A stretch of 63,984 bases of DNA, counting the filler, from Octopus bimaculoides (Eukaryota): assembly GCF_001194135.2 (NCBI RefSeq). It is 6 parts of 6 records of this genome, joined end to end, with 100 filler letters (N's around TTAATTAATTAA, not from the genome) between each part and the next. Parts side by side here need not be neighbours in the genome. Positions count along the whole stretch, not along the records: positions 37,835 to 51,798 come from NC_069009.1; positions 51,899 to 62,605 come from NC_068987.1; 4 more parts are not named here. The stretch is one strand, 5' to 3'. Positions within the stretch are counted from its first letter, which is position 1. Every line of letters begins with the position of its first letter. The notes under the pieces are model-generated. The model was not told the DNA's origin and made no database searches. It saw only the letters and a program-made list of their open reading frames with translations. Shown here piece by piece: positions 41,381 to 53,790 of the stretch. The position numbers and the translations under genes were made by a program.

Positions 41381-41695
41381 TAGTGGTGGCACATGGCTCT
41401 AATGGTTGGAGCAGTGGACTTGTGGTTGAGGGATCACAGGTTTGAATCTCAGACCAGGCAATGTGTGTGTTTATGAGCAAAACACTTAAGCTCCACGTGG
41501 CTCCGGCCAAAGGTAATGATGAACTTCTGCTGATTCTTTCGCCACAGCTTTCTCTTACTCTCTCCTCCTGCATCTAACAGCTCACCTGCGACGGACTGGC
41601 GTCCCATCCAGGTGGGGAACCTATACGCCAATGAAACCAGGAAACCAGCCCTTATGAGTCAGGCATAGCTCGAGAATGAACAAACAACAACAACA
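41381..41695 (+). mobile_element. CpG-depleted relative of SINE family C
   Basis: Aligns with the 17612 head; most CpG sites read TpG or CpA. Confidence 0.7.
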
Positions 41696-42529
41696 TTGTC
41701 TATATGTTACAGTAGTACTGTCCCAAGTGAAGGTGCATGGCTTAGTGGTTAGATCATTGAGCTCACAATCATGAGATAGTGGGTTCAGTTTCCAGACCAG
41801 GCTCCAGTTCCTTCAGCTGTAGGAATCAGTTGCAACATCACAGGTGCCAAGCTGTATCAGTCTTTGCCTTTCCCTTGGATAACACTGGTGATGTAGAGAG
41901 GGGAGGCTGGTATGCACAGGTAACTTCCATAAACAATCTTACTTGGACTTGTGCCTCGGAAGGGGGGAACTTTCTAGGTGCAATCCCATGGTCATTCATG
42001 ACCAAAGTGGGGCTTTACCCTTTACCCTATGTACATATAATGGCGTGGAGAGGGAAAGCTGGTATGTATGGGTAACTGTTGGTCTTCTATAATCGATCTT
42101 GTCCAGATGTGTGCCTTGGAGGGGACTTTCTAGGTGCAATCCCATTCATGATTGAAAGGGGTCTTTACCCTTTTACTGTCCCAGGTATGTGAATACTGCT
42201 GCATTGTGGTTCAGGAGGTTTGTGTAATAGCAGAAGTGTCCCAGCCTCTAAATAGTTAACATTACATGTGGGAAACATTTTCTGTTTTAAAAAAATTGTT
42301 AATAATTTAAGTGGAAAATGTGTGATTTAAGGGAGATCTGACTGTTATTTCTAGCACACCCCAAAACTTCTTTCCTTGTTTCTTTCTCACTCACATATCT
42401 ATTAATATTTTTCAATATTTTTATCCTCTTAAACAAATTTTATGGAATGATGATGTCAAAGTAACACATGTGTAGTCCCAACCGAGCGAGGCCGTGTTAT
42501 GTGTGTGTGTGTGTGTGTAAGAAAAAATA

Positions 42530-43700
42530 TGAATAAATAAGCATTACATTTGACAGAGTAATCCAAATGCTTAAGGCCATATCCAACCCAGATATTCTAC
42601 CTACTTAATGTTCAAACTGACCAGATCCAGCCTCTCACATCTACCTTACAATGTCATTCTAAAAACAAACAATTACATCATTGAAATCTTGAAGCTATGA
42701 GATAATATAGAATTAATTCAAAACAATGTGAATGAATAAGCATTTGACAGAGTAATGTGAATGCTAAAGGTTTGAACTGGCCATATCCAGCCAAAATATT
42801 CTGTTTATGTTCAAATCAGCCAGATCCAGCCTCTCACACATACCTTACAATGTCATTTTAAAAATAAACAATCACATCATTTAAATCTTGAAGCTATGAG
42901 ATGGTACAGGATTAATTCTAAATGATGTGAATAAATAAGCATTTGACAGAGTAATGTGAATGCTAAAGGGTTATACGTACTTAAAACATATTGTAGGCTG
43001 CTATTTCAAACAGGAATAGCCAATATGCAGGGGTCTCCCTTGTTGGTTCGTACATACATATATATCCCTTTAGCATTTAAACAAGCCATATCCAGCCCAT
43101 ATATTCTACCTGTTTTATGTTCTAACTGGTCAGATAATAGGCAATCACATAATCTAAATCTCAAAACTATGAGATTATATGTGATTAATTCAAAACGATA
43201 TGAACGAACAAGAAGCATTACATTTGACAGAATCATCTGAATGCTAAAGGATTAAGGTAGCACAAATGGTTCACACAACACCAGGGCCCGTTCATACCCA
43301 GGAAAGCCTGTCTGACTCATGTCAGAGGGTCAGCCCTCCTCCACTCTGTATGCCTTGGTCACCAACTGTTATTTCACCCATAATTGGCACCCTCAGCATG
43401 CACTCCAACTGTGGACTGGAGCAGGCCTGAGAGTAGTGGTGACTCAGAGGTAACTTTTTACTCCCTAAAACTCTCTTGCTAGACCATCATTACTAGATGG
43501 AGTTTAGCCCTTCAGCATTCACATTATGTAATGCTTATTTATTCACACTGTCTTGAATTAATCACACATTATCTTGTAACTTTGAGATTTCAATGGTGTA
43601 CTTGTATATTTTTGAATGACATTGTAGGGTAGGAGTGAGAGGCCAATTTCAACATAAAACAGTGAGAATATTTGGGCCAGAAACAGCTAAAGAGTTAATA
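42530..43700. mobile_element. Cluster of piggyBac-like MITE copies around a TMA16 exon
   Basis: Repeated ...gacagagtaat..gaatgctaaagg units at 42530-42970, 43066-43256 and 43505-43700(-); same family as 50994-51214. Confidence 0.65.
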
Positions 43701-43800
43701 TCTTGCCCAAGACAAGTGATATTGCTTCTTTAATAAATGTCTGCAATGTTTCTCTCAAAGATTTCATTTCTGTTGCTGTCTTCTCTGTGTCCTCACTCAG

Positions 43801-43949
43801 GTACCTGGAAAGGTTTCAAGATGAACTGGATCAGATAAAGATTATTAATAGCATCGGCAAACGGAAAGGTGTTCGCCATGCTTCTCGAGAGGCATCAATT
43901 AAGATGACCATCGATATGGAAAGAGCGCAGTTCAAAGGTGAAGGTCTTG
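43801..43949 (+). CDS. TMA16: TMA16 internal exon (YLERFQDELDQIKIINSIGKRKGVRHASRE...FKGEGL)
   Basis: ctcag| and |gtaagt, 149 nt, phase 2 to 1; recognisable Tma16 core (YL-RF--EL-QI...RH-SRE...F-G-GL). Confidence 0.93.
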
Positions 43950-44240
43950 GTAAGTACTTTACTGCACTTCACTGCCAACTCATTCAGTTGGCTCTTCTTT
44001 TTTTTTTAATATGAAATCTGGGGTCATTGTCATCATCGAGAATGAAATGTAAATCTGTTGAAGCATGTTACATCACTTGATGAGGCTCTTCTGCACTGTG
44101 CATTGCATCTGATGTCATTACATCATCCCATGCACACTAGGGGGTAGTGCAGAATGAAGCCAAGATGATTGTTGTGCTAATAAAGCTTCTGGTTACACTC
44201 TCTTCTGTATCAGGCGTTTAAAATATATATATATATATCG

Positions 44241-44742
44241 TGGCACTCAATCGGTTACAATGGTGAGGGTTCCAGTTGATCCAATCAACAGAACAGCCTG
44301 CTCGTGAAATTAATGTGCAAGTGGCTGAGCACTCCACAGACACATGTACCCTTAACGTAGTTCTTGGGGAGAATCAGCGTGAGACAGAATGTGNNNNNNN
44401 NNNTTGATCCAATCAACAGAACAGCCTGCTCGTGAAATTAATGTGCAAGTGGCTGAGCACTCCACAGACACATGTACCCTTAACGTAGTTCTTGGGGAGA
44501 ATCAGCGTGAGACAGAATGTGACAAGGCTGACCCTTTTGAAATACAGGCACAACAGAAACAGGAAGAAAGAGTGAGAGAAAGTTGTGGTGAAAGAGTACA
44601 GCAAGGTTCACCATCACTCCCTGCCGGAGCCTTGTGGAGCTTTAGGTGTTTTTGCTCAATAAACACTCACGGTCTGGGAATCAAAACCACGATCCTACGA
44701 CCGCAAGTCCACTGCTCTAACTACTGGGCCGCTGTGCCTCCA
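44241..44742 (-). mobile_element. SINE family C (includes gap-flanking duplicate)
   Basis: Reverse complement of the 17612 element; ~115 bp repeated across the 10-N gap. Confidence 0.85.
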
Positions 44743-44764
44743 CACACACACATATATATATATA

Positions 44765-45693
44765 TCTATAATATAAATTGAAGTTCACCGACTGTTGTAT
44801 TCTTTCTTGTCTTGAGGTTCACGGCCAAACGGCTGGGTGGATTTGCGTGAAAAATGGCACACATGTGGGGACGGGTGCATAGATTGGAACGCGCTTTCTA
44901 TTTTTTTCCTAGCCCCCATACTTACAGAGAAAATTGATTAAAACAACCTGCGTGAGTGTATGTCACTGAAGCCATTCTTACATATATACATATAATAAAT
45001 AAATAAACTGAATGATAAATTTCAGTTATCTATCTCTCTTTCTTTCTTTCTCTCTCTCTCTCTCTCTCTCATATACACATACACCATCAACATTACTCTG
45101 TCTGTCGCGCACACCCCATCAAACATACACACTCACACAGACATACGCACGTACATCAATTCTCCCTTCTCACTACAACTTCAAAAGATCGCCTTCCCTT
45201 TACACTTGTCCGACCATTGATCGACAGATAAAACACAAACTCCTGCTAAATGCAAAAATCCCGCCAAAAGTACACACACAAACGGACATTTCATGTCTTT
45301 CACTTTCTCTATGATTATACACGTGTTGCAAATAATAGCTCTTACATTTTAATCTTCAACAGGTATGTATCAATTTCTGTAATGTGAATTGTTTTTCTAT
45401 AAGCATATAACAATTACTTATTCCATATTCACTTACCTACATACAATTTCCACTAATTCTTACAGGTTCATTTTCTGTTAAAGTAATTCTTAACGTCAAT
45501 TTCTTAACATAATACGCAGAATTCTCGCATTAATACAGTAGGGTGTTTTGAGGGAGATTTGGCTGCTATTTCTACCAGGTCTACCTACCATGTAGAGGTC
45601 TGAACTTATTTTTCATTCACAGATTTGCATTTCAAACATTTAACATAATCTTTTCCATAAATCAACTATCGTAAACACATACACACGTGCAAG

Positions 45694-45732
<39 letters not shown>

Positions 45733-46014
45733 CCATTCCATATATCTTCTTTCAATTTCTGCTCTCTGCAAAAAAAATTTTTACGGATACAACTGCTTAC
45801 AAAAATAGGGATTAATGTATAATTTCTTTCTATGTTCATAATAGCTGTTTTCTGACGGGGGGTTCAGGAAATTTTCATACAGCTGGAGGCTCCCATCGAA
45901 ACAGGGAACCCGAAATGATAAGGTTGAGAAACGATGTTATAGATTATGCCTAACCGAAAACGATCACAGTCACATCATCCAAACAGACCAGGTGAAACCG
46001 GGCTAAGCTGCTAG
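44765..46014 (+). mobile_element. Non-autonomous Helitron-like element, 1250 bp
   Basis: A^TC 5' end, CTAG^T 3' end, subterminal hairpin ccaggt-gaa-accggg (45988-46002) 8 nt before CTAG, no TSD. Confidence 0.75.
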
Positions 46015-46663
46015 TATATATATATATATATCGTCGTCGTCGTTTATATTTAATATACATACTTACATGTAGGATTGACATGACAAATCACATTTGGCAT
46101 GGGAGACTGTTCATAGAAAATTAAGTGAATACTATCTCCACCGCTAAAGTCACAACTATCAGCCCTGTTAAGTGAGTAATCTTCAGATGAATTGAGTGAG
46201 GGAGTTTTTAATTGAAGATCATTGTGATTTTCATCTCAAACTTGAATTTACTGTTGTAGTGAGTTGCTTCAAACAACATGGCTGAACACAACATCAACAA
46301 CACAGTTAAAGAACATAAGGAAACCAATATTGTAAAATGTTAATATATTCTTTTTAGCTGTAACAGAGGAAACTGTAACTATAAGATGCATTTTTCTTTG
46401 AATTATGAGCTCAGTAATAATTCATTTATAAAAGGGCCAAACACAACCCCTCTGTTGGATATATGAATAGATTGAAAACATAGTAGGATGATCTGTACCC
46501 GGAGCTAAATTATTTTACTTCATTGTTTCACAGTTAGTGACATTCCAACAGATACCACGCTGTCTGCCAGCCAGACTACATTAGAACTGTCCCACTGTTG
46601 TAAAACAATAATAAAGTTCCTTTCTGAGTCCTGTTTTTGTATGTCTTTCATTTTCTCCTCCAG

Positions 46664-46706
46664 AAATTCCAGATTTGTTGAATCCGGATAATGTGTCAGT
46701 ACTGAA
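46664..46706 (+). CDS. TMA16: TMA16 internal exon (EIPDLLNPDNVSVL)
   Basis: ctccag| and |gtaagt, 43 nt, phase 1 to 2; completes the conserved G-GLEIPD(L/I)LN motif. Confidence 0.9.
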
Positions 46707-47789
46707 GTAAGTATTACTTTTCACTCAATCTCTGACTCACTCTTTCTCACAGGCACTTTCACTCACCCCCTCACTCCTTCTACTTCACCTCACCAGCATT
46801 TATTATGGTTGATTTTAAACTTAGTATTTATTCCCCAGCACATGTACCAAACCTGAAATTTGAGAGAGTTGGCTGTTGATTACATCGATTAGAATGGGAA
46901 CTCAGAATGTAAAGTGCTGGAAGAAATATTGCTCTGATCCTCTTACAATTCTGCCAGTCCACTGCCCTTCAAATTTTGACATAAGGCCTGCAATTTTAGG
47001 GAAGTTGGGTTAGTTGATTACTTTGACTGTTACTTTATTTTATCAATCCTGAAAGGATGAAAAGCATAGTTGACATGAGTGGGATTTTGAGCTTAGAATG
47101 TAAAGATCTGGAAGAAATGCCACAAGGCATTTTGTCTGACATGCTCAGTCTGACCTAAGCACCCAGTCTCAAGTTTAGCAAGAGAGACTGACAAATGGCT
47201 GTGTGCCAATGTGTGAGATGAACAATGATCATCATTCTGGTGTATACAGAACATGAAAATGTTACTGCTATGGACAAGAGAAAGAGTTTGGTTGCAAAAT
47301 TGTGAAAATATTTCTACTGAATAAAACAAGCAGGTGAAGAAGGCCAAAGGATAAAAATAGATGAAATATTGTAAATATAACAACCAAGATGGGGATAACA
47401 TTTATTTCTCTTCCACAGCCAAATGTATTTTACCTTCTGTCTGTATACTTTGCTTGGTCTTTGGTACCTTCATTCTTCATGTGCGCCTGACAAGCTACTT
47501 GAAAAATAACATGGCTAGTGTTGTCCTACAACAGGTAAATAGGATAAGACTTATAGGATTAATTTTCTTGTATATGTCATATAAACAGTGACTTCAACAT
47601 AGATCATCATTATCATCATTTAATGTCCATTTTCCATGCTGGCATAGGTTGGACGTCTTGACAGGATCTGGCAGGCCACACCAGGTTCTATAGTCTGCCT
47701 TGGCTTGGTTTCTATGGCCGGATATCCTTCCTAACACCAACCACTTCTTCAGAGTGTACTGGATGCTTTTTATGTGGCACCAGCACCCA

Positions 47790-48180
47790 CACGGATGCCT
47801 TCTACATGGTACCTTGGTTTAGGATCTCTGTTCTGGTTTTCTCAAGTATTGTACCACATATCTCCGTCCTCTGTCATCTCCTTCATAACGTTCAGCATTT
47901 TGAGATCAGCCTTCAATACTTTGTTCCATGTTTTCCTGGGTCTCTTTCCACAACTTACCTCCACTTTAAGTGATCATCCCTGCTTTATGCAACTGTCCTT
48001 ATCCATCTACATCACATGACTGAACCAGTGCAGTCTCCTCTCTTGCACACTGTATATAATTCCTCTTATGCCCAACTTCTCTCTCAATATACCAGTGTTC
48101 TGTTGCACATGCACACTGACATCGCACTTCCAATGGAGCATATCAGCTTTGTTCCTTTCCATCCTTCACATATCCTCCAC
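47790..48180 (-). mobile_element. RTE-like LINE 3' remnant
   Basis: Minus reads LREKLGIRGI..VQERRLHWFSHVM*...RPRKTWNKVLKADL. Confidence 0.8.
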
Positions 48181-49104
48181 ATTCAGGGCATTTTTTTTTT
48201 TGTGATGCATTTCACATGGAAGAGAGTTCCTATGAGGTTACTAGTTAGTCACCTGGTGATTTCAGAGGGTTTCTTATAAATGATAAAAATCTGATGTCAT
48301 TTTCGAAGTAGTCCCTAAGAAATATTGTCAATTAAGTCCCTGCAGAATAAAAACAATGTTGAGACAACAATAAATGTGTATATATGAGGACAGTCTGGCT
48401 GCACCTGTAAAAATTTTTAAGTTTAGTGAAAATTTTAAAATTTGGTGTATCGATGTAATTTTCCATGCTGAATCTGAAGAGCTTATTCACTTTTTCCAGA
48501 AAAATTTTGAAAAAAGTTGTAGAGGTTTAAAGTTTGAACATATTTAGCCAGTCAGAAAACAGGATTTGGAAGCTGTCATTTTGTGGGTGACAGCATGTGT
48601 TATTAACTGTAAACAAACCAAATATTGGTGGAATTCTGCTTTACACACCCAATATAAATCCTTATAACTTTTTGGGGGGAGGAATTTTCAGAATTCATAT
48701 GATTATGCAAAAATAAAAACAAGAAATTTGTGTGTGCATGATTTAAGGCCTATTTAGTTACTATTTTTAGCACATTTCACAGCCATCTCATATTTCATGT
48801 TTTAAGCATTTAATAAACGGAAAATGACCATGTGAGCAAGCAGTTTGGCTTGTAACTATGGAAACAGGCACCTATATGTCTGTGGCTTTCAAATGGCTAA
48901 AGTTATCTAAAATTTGCAAACTTTAAAAGCTATGAACTCTTTATTTATTGATTTATGGTGAAAATGAATTTCATGTGAATTTACAAAACTACCCCACTAC
49001 ACAAAATATGAAATCATTTGGAACAAAAATTGAAGAAATTGAAAAGTGGCAGCCAAACAGAAGAAACCCACATAGTCAAATAAAATATGTGATGCAGAAA
49101 AACA

Positions 49105-49435
49105 AGAATTCATCATCATCGTTTAACGTCCACCTTCCATGCTAGCATGGGTTGGACGAATTGATTGAGGACTGGCGAACCAGATGGCTACACCAGACAC
49201 CAATCTGATCTGGCAGAGTTTCTACAGCTAGATGCCCTTCCTAACGCCGACCACTCCGAGAGTGTAGTGGGTGCTTTTGCGTGCCACCGGCACGAAGGCA
49301 AGTCAGGTGGTACTGGCAACGGCCACACTCAAAATGGTGTATTTTACATGCCACCTGCACAGGAGCCAGTCCAGCGGCACTGGCAACGATCTCGCTTGAA
49401 TGTTTTTTCACGTGCCACCAGCACAAGAATTGTAG
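49105..49435 (+). mobile_element. Unclassified interspersed repeat family E
   Basis: catcatcatcgtttaacgtcc..ccatgctagcatgggttgg; paralogs near 38600-38995(-), 47605-47790, 49870-50160(-), 51465-51640. Confidence 0.65.
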
Positions 49436-50993
49436 TCAGCAAATATTTAAACCTTGAAATACTCTGTTTGAAACTGAGACTACTCTGTCAAAAGTAATGC
49501 TTATTTATCCACATTGTTTTGAATTAATCATAAATTATCTTATAGCTCTGAGATTTTGATGATGTGATTGCTTATTTTTAGAATGTAGGGTTGGTGTGAA
49601 AAGCCAGATCTGACCAGTTTAATCATAAAGCAGGTAGAATATTTTGGCCAATTTAAATACTAAAGGGTTGAACAATATACAATAAAAGGTAATTTGAATG
49701 CCTATGAAAATATCAACAGGTACCATGTACCTCCTCTACAATAAGACACCTGTTTCTGCCTCTCATTTCTCTGTCACACTTCACCCTTTCGTCATCTGAT
49801 GCAAGATCCCCTCCTCCAATTCCCCCTCCCTTCTCAAAATTTCTTGTCTTGCAAGTTACTTGTGACCCTGCCAGTGCTTGTACCATGTAAAAAAAGCATC
49901 CAGTCCACACTGTGAAATACTTGGCATTTGGAAGGGCATCCAGCTATAAAAACCATGTTGAAACTGACCTTGCCTATACTTGTGTCACATAAAATACCTT
50001 CCGTCCACTCTGCAGGGTAGTTGGTGTTAGGAGGGCATCCAGCTGTAAGGTACCATGTCAAAGCAAACACAGAAGCCTTGTTTAGGCTTTTGCCTGGCCA
50101 GGTCCTGTCAAATCATCCAACCCATGCCAGCATGGAATGCAGACATTAAAAAATGATGATGATGGCCAGCACATAGAAACTGTAACAAAATTGGGCTGGA
50201 TTTTTTCTACATGATACTCTCTTGCCAAACTCTTCTGGGCTTAAAATTCACAGCTTACACTAGCAAATTATTTCGATTACCATTTTATTCTGGTGGACCC
50301 CCAAAGGCATTCACTGTTTAAAAACTAGTTTTATAAGATACTCATTTCAAAATTTGTGTTTTGTTTTTCACACATTAACTTTTGTAGGTTGAACTGTGTA
50401 AAATGTTAAGAGAAAGAAACCTTGTTGTTTCTTGCAATACATACCAATACATTATATCTAAAGCGAAATCTTTTCAGGGGCCCTTAGAATACTATTGGAG
50501 ATCCCCAATTTACTATTTTGTTACATGGATCCCCAAAAATTTTATGTGCATCTCTGTTGAGAACCACTGCTTTAGAGGATGTACATGTCTACTTCCCCCC
50601 ATTGATGGGGGGAAGCTGGTAAAAAGAATATAGATGATGGTGACAAATTGTCAGAGTGTACTTTCAAGATATATGTGCTGGTATGGGTTAGATGAGTAAT
50701 CACAATTCAATTCTTATTCAGAGTTACTGCAACTTCAAGGCAGTTTGAGGACCACTTCTTGCTCAATGTCCCATTTTTGGTATTGCTTCTGCAGCTTGAC
50801 ACCATTCTTAATACCAACCCCTTTACAGACTCTGCTCAATGGCATTAAAGGCATTGGCCATGTTCTCAGCAATACCAAAATCCTCTTTATCTGATGTTGT
50901 TTCTGTTCTTTGGAAGCAAATGTGACTGAAAGGGTGAACAGAAGAAAAACAATGTCATGCAGTATCTTCTAATAAAGTAAATGAATTAATTAA

Positions 50994-51214
50994 CCCTTTG
51001 GCATTCAGATTATTTTGTCAAATATAATGCTAATTTATTTACACAGTCACAAATTAATCATGTATTATTTTGTAGTCTCAAGATATTGATGATGTGGTTA
51101 TTTATTTTTAGAATGACATTGTAGGGTATGTATGAGAGGCTGGATCTGGCTAGTTTGAATATAAAACTGGGCAGAATATTTGGGATGGATATGGCTGGTT
51201 CAAATGCTAAAGGG
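50994..51214. mobile_element. piggyBac-like MITE, 221 bp
   Basis: TTAA on both sides (50990-93, 51215-18); termini CCCTTTGGCATT ... AATGCTAAAGGG. Confidence 0.8.
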
Positions 51215-51636
51215 TTAAAATAGTTGAGGATTATACAGTTGTTGAAAATTTAAATGATTTACTATGAATAGTAGATCTTAATGAAACACACTTATACAAT
51301 GCACTTCTTTCAGTTTCCATCTACCAAATCCACTTGAGGCTTTGGTCAGCCCGAGGCTGTAGTAGAAGACATTTTCCCAAGGTGCCATCCAGTGAGACTG
51401 AACCGGGAACCATGTAGTTGAGAAGTAAACTTCTTACTACACACCCATGCCTGTGCCTACATCATTATCATCATCATTTAACATCCGTTTTCTATGCTGG
51501 CATGGGTTGGTTGGCTTAACCAGGGCTGGTAAGCTGCGGGACTGCACCAGACTCCAGTTTGATTTAGTGTGGTTTCTACAGCTGGATGCCCTTCCTAACA
51601 CCAGCCATTCCAAGAGTGTGATGGGTGCTTTTATGT

Positions 51637-51798
51637 GACACCAGCATCAACCACATTGCCTTCGTGAGGCCCAACGCTCAAATGGTGCTTTTTATGTGAC
51701 ACCAGCATCAACCACATTGCCTTCGTGAGGCCCAACGCTCAAATGGTGCTTTTTATGTGACACCATTATCAACCACATTGCCTTCGTGAGGCCCAACG
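51637..51798 (+). repeat. 61-bp tandem repeat, ~2.7 copies running into a gap
   Basis: gacacc..catcaaccacattgccttcgtgaggcccaacg at 51637, 51698, 51759. Confidence 0.85.
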
Positions 51799-51898
51799 NN
51801 NNNNNNNNNNNNNNNNNNNNNNNNNNNNNNNNNNNNNNNNNNTTAATTAATTAANNNNNNNNNNNNNNNNNNNNNNNNNNNNNNNNNNNNNNNNNNNN

Positions 51899-52260
51899 AG
51901 CAGCAGCCTGAACATCACGAGCAAGATCCTCCCACCAAGTGTTCTGCATCTTCCTGAGAGATCGCTGCAGTAGTGATTTTACACTGCTATAGTGAGCAAG
52001 TGCTAGATTTCGCTGCACGGCTGAAAGTCCTCTGTGTAGCAATACATTGTGGGCATGGCGCTTTACAACTAATAGTCGCTGAACTTCAGCATAATTTTTC
52101 AACAAACAGTCCCTGTGTCTGGCAGAAGCATACCCCAGTGTTTCAGCAGCACATTCAAGAACTTGGTCTCGAAAGTCTTCCCATACTGTAGGGAAGCTCT
52201 TTTCTCAATACAGCATCATATATTGTGGACATTCAGACACCGAGGAATACCAACTTGCCC
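51899..52260 (-). mobile_element. RTE LINE fragment (EN-RT linker)
   Basis: VWEDFRDQVLECAAETLG...LRKMQNTWWEDLARDVQAAA. Confidence 0.8.
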
Positions 52261-52329
52261 GCTTCTCTCTTTCATTCTAATCATCATCCGGAACGTTTTT
52301 TGATGGTCTTTTTTTTTAGTAGACATTTT

Positions 52330-53790
52330 TTTGATTAGGAATATCAGTAAATAATAGTGAAATGAAATTACAAATGTTGTGTCCTGTCAGTGTTAGTGCT
52401 GAAACTTCAACGCTATATTACAGGAATGGAAGACAAGGCAACAGCGTGTAATAAATAGTCCAATGAAATTACAAATGCTGTGTCCTGTCAGTCAGATTTA
52501 GGTTTACTTGACCTGTATGTGTGTATAAGAGAAAAGTTGAGGTATAAAATAAACTGAAGTATAATAGATTGAAGTAGAAAACAGATGGATTTCATATACG
52601 AACTTCTGTTTGTTCTTCAAGTTGCAATCCAGTATCTTTTAGTGTTTGGCCCTGTCTTTTAGTAATGCTAATGGCAAAATAAAGTGGGATAGGAAACTGT
52701 AAGGGCTTAAATTTGAATAAGACATTAGAGGGTATAACTGGACGCTATATTACAGGAATGGAAAGCAAGGAAACAGTAAGTAATAGTCCAATGAAATTAT
52801 AAATGCTGTGTCCTGTCAGTTAGATTTAGGTTTGCTTGTCCTGTATGTGTGTATAAGAGAAAAACATGTAATAAATTGAAGTATAAAATAGATGGATTTC
52901 ATATACGAACTTCTATTTGTCCTTCAAGTTGCAATCCAGCGACTTTTAGTTTGGCCCTGACTTTTATTAATACTCATATCAGAACCGAGAAACTAGAAAA
53001 ATGGGTGTATCATATAGAAGAATAGCTCTACGGGATCCAGGAGACTGCGATGGCACCGAAAAAGCTACAGGTCAAGTAAACATCCATTTGTCACTGATTA
53101 TTTTCACGTTTGAATAGGCCGTATGCCCAAGGAGAATTGAAAGGTTCAGTTTCGAATCTGAACCAGAGTTAGACTACGACTACAGATTCATGTTTGCGCA
53201 TGTCTCATCCTCGTTTTCTGCTTCACGTCGTGCATTTGTGTGGTGTTCGTTTTTTTACGGTCCTTTTTTAGGAGACATTCTTTTGATTAGGAATATGCGA
53301 AATGAAATTACAAATGTTGTGTCCTGTCAGTGTTAGTGCTGAAATTCCGACGCTATATTATGGGAATGGAAGGCAAAGTAACAGTAAGGAATAGTCCAAT
53401 GAAATTGCCAAATGCAATGTCCTGTCAGTCAGATTTAGGTTTACTTGTCTTATATGTGTGTGTTATATAAGAGAAAAACATGTAATAATTGAAGTAGAAA
53501 AAAGATGGATTTCATATATGTACTTCTGTTTGTTCTTCAAGTTGCAATCCAACAACTTTTAGTATTTGGCGCTGACTTTTATAAATGCGCATGGCAAAAG
53601 AAAGTGAGCTAGGAAACTGTAAGGGTTTAAATTTGAATGGGACATTAGAAGGTATAACTAGTATGTAAGGAATGAAGACAGTGTCACGTTTACCACAACC
53701 AGTGAGAATATTTGCCTCAGTGCAATTCGTCATAGCTTTGTGCACAATTAGTGTTGCCTCCCTTGAACCATTTACTTTCACTTTATGGGA
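52330..53790 (-). mobile_element. Helitron PIF1-helicase remnant plus degenerate tandem derivatives
   Basis: ORF 53512-53811: EANILTG...VFIP..IPSNVPFKFKPLQFP..LSFAM-IYKSQ-Q-L; parts repeated near 52.6 and 52.9 kb. Confidence 0.8.

Noticed and set aside
44277-44520. Tandem duplication within a SINE (also 25843-25897)
   Set aside because: Identical sequence on both sides of a 10-N gap, typical of an unmerged contig overlap.
46825-46880. IYSPAHVPNLKFERV as the last TMA16 exon
   Set aside because: Lacks the conserved Trp, spacing is wrong and it overlaps a decayed SINE tail; the true last exon was not found.
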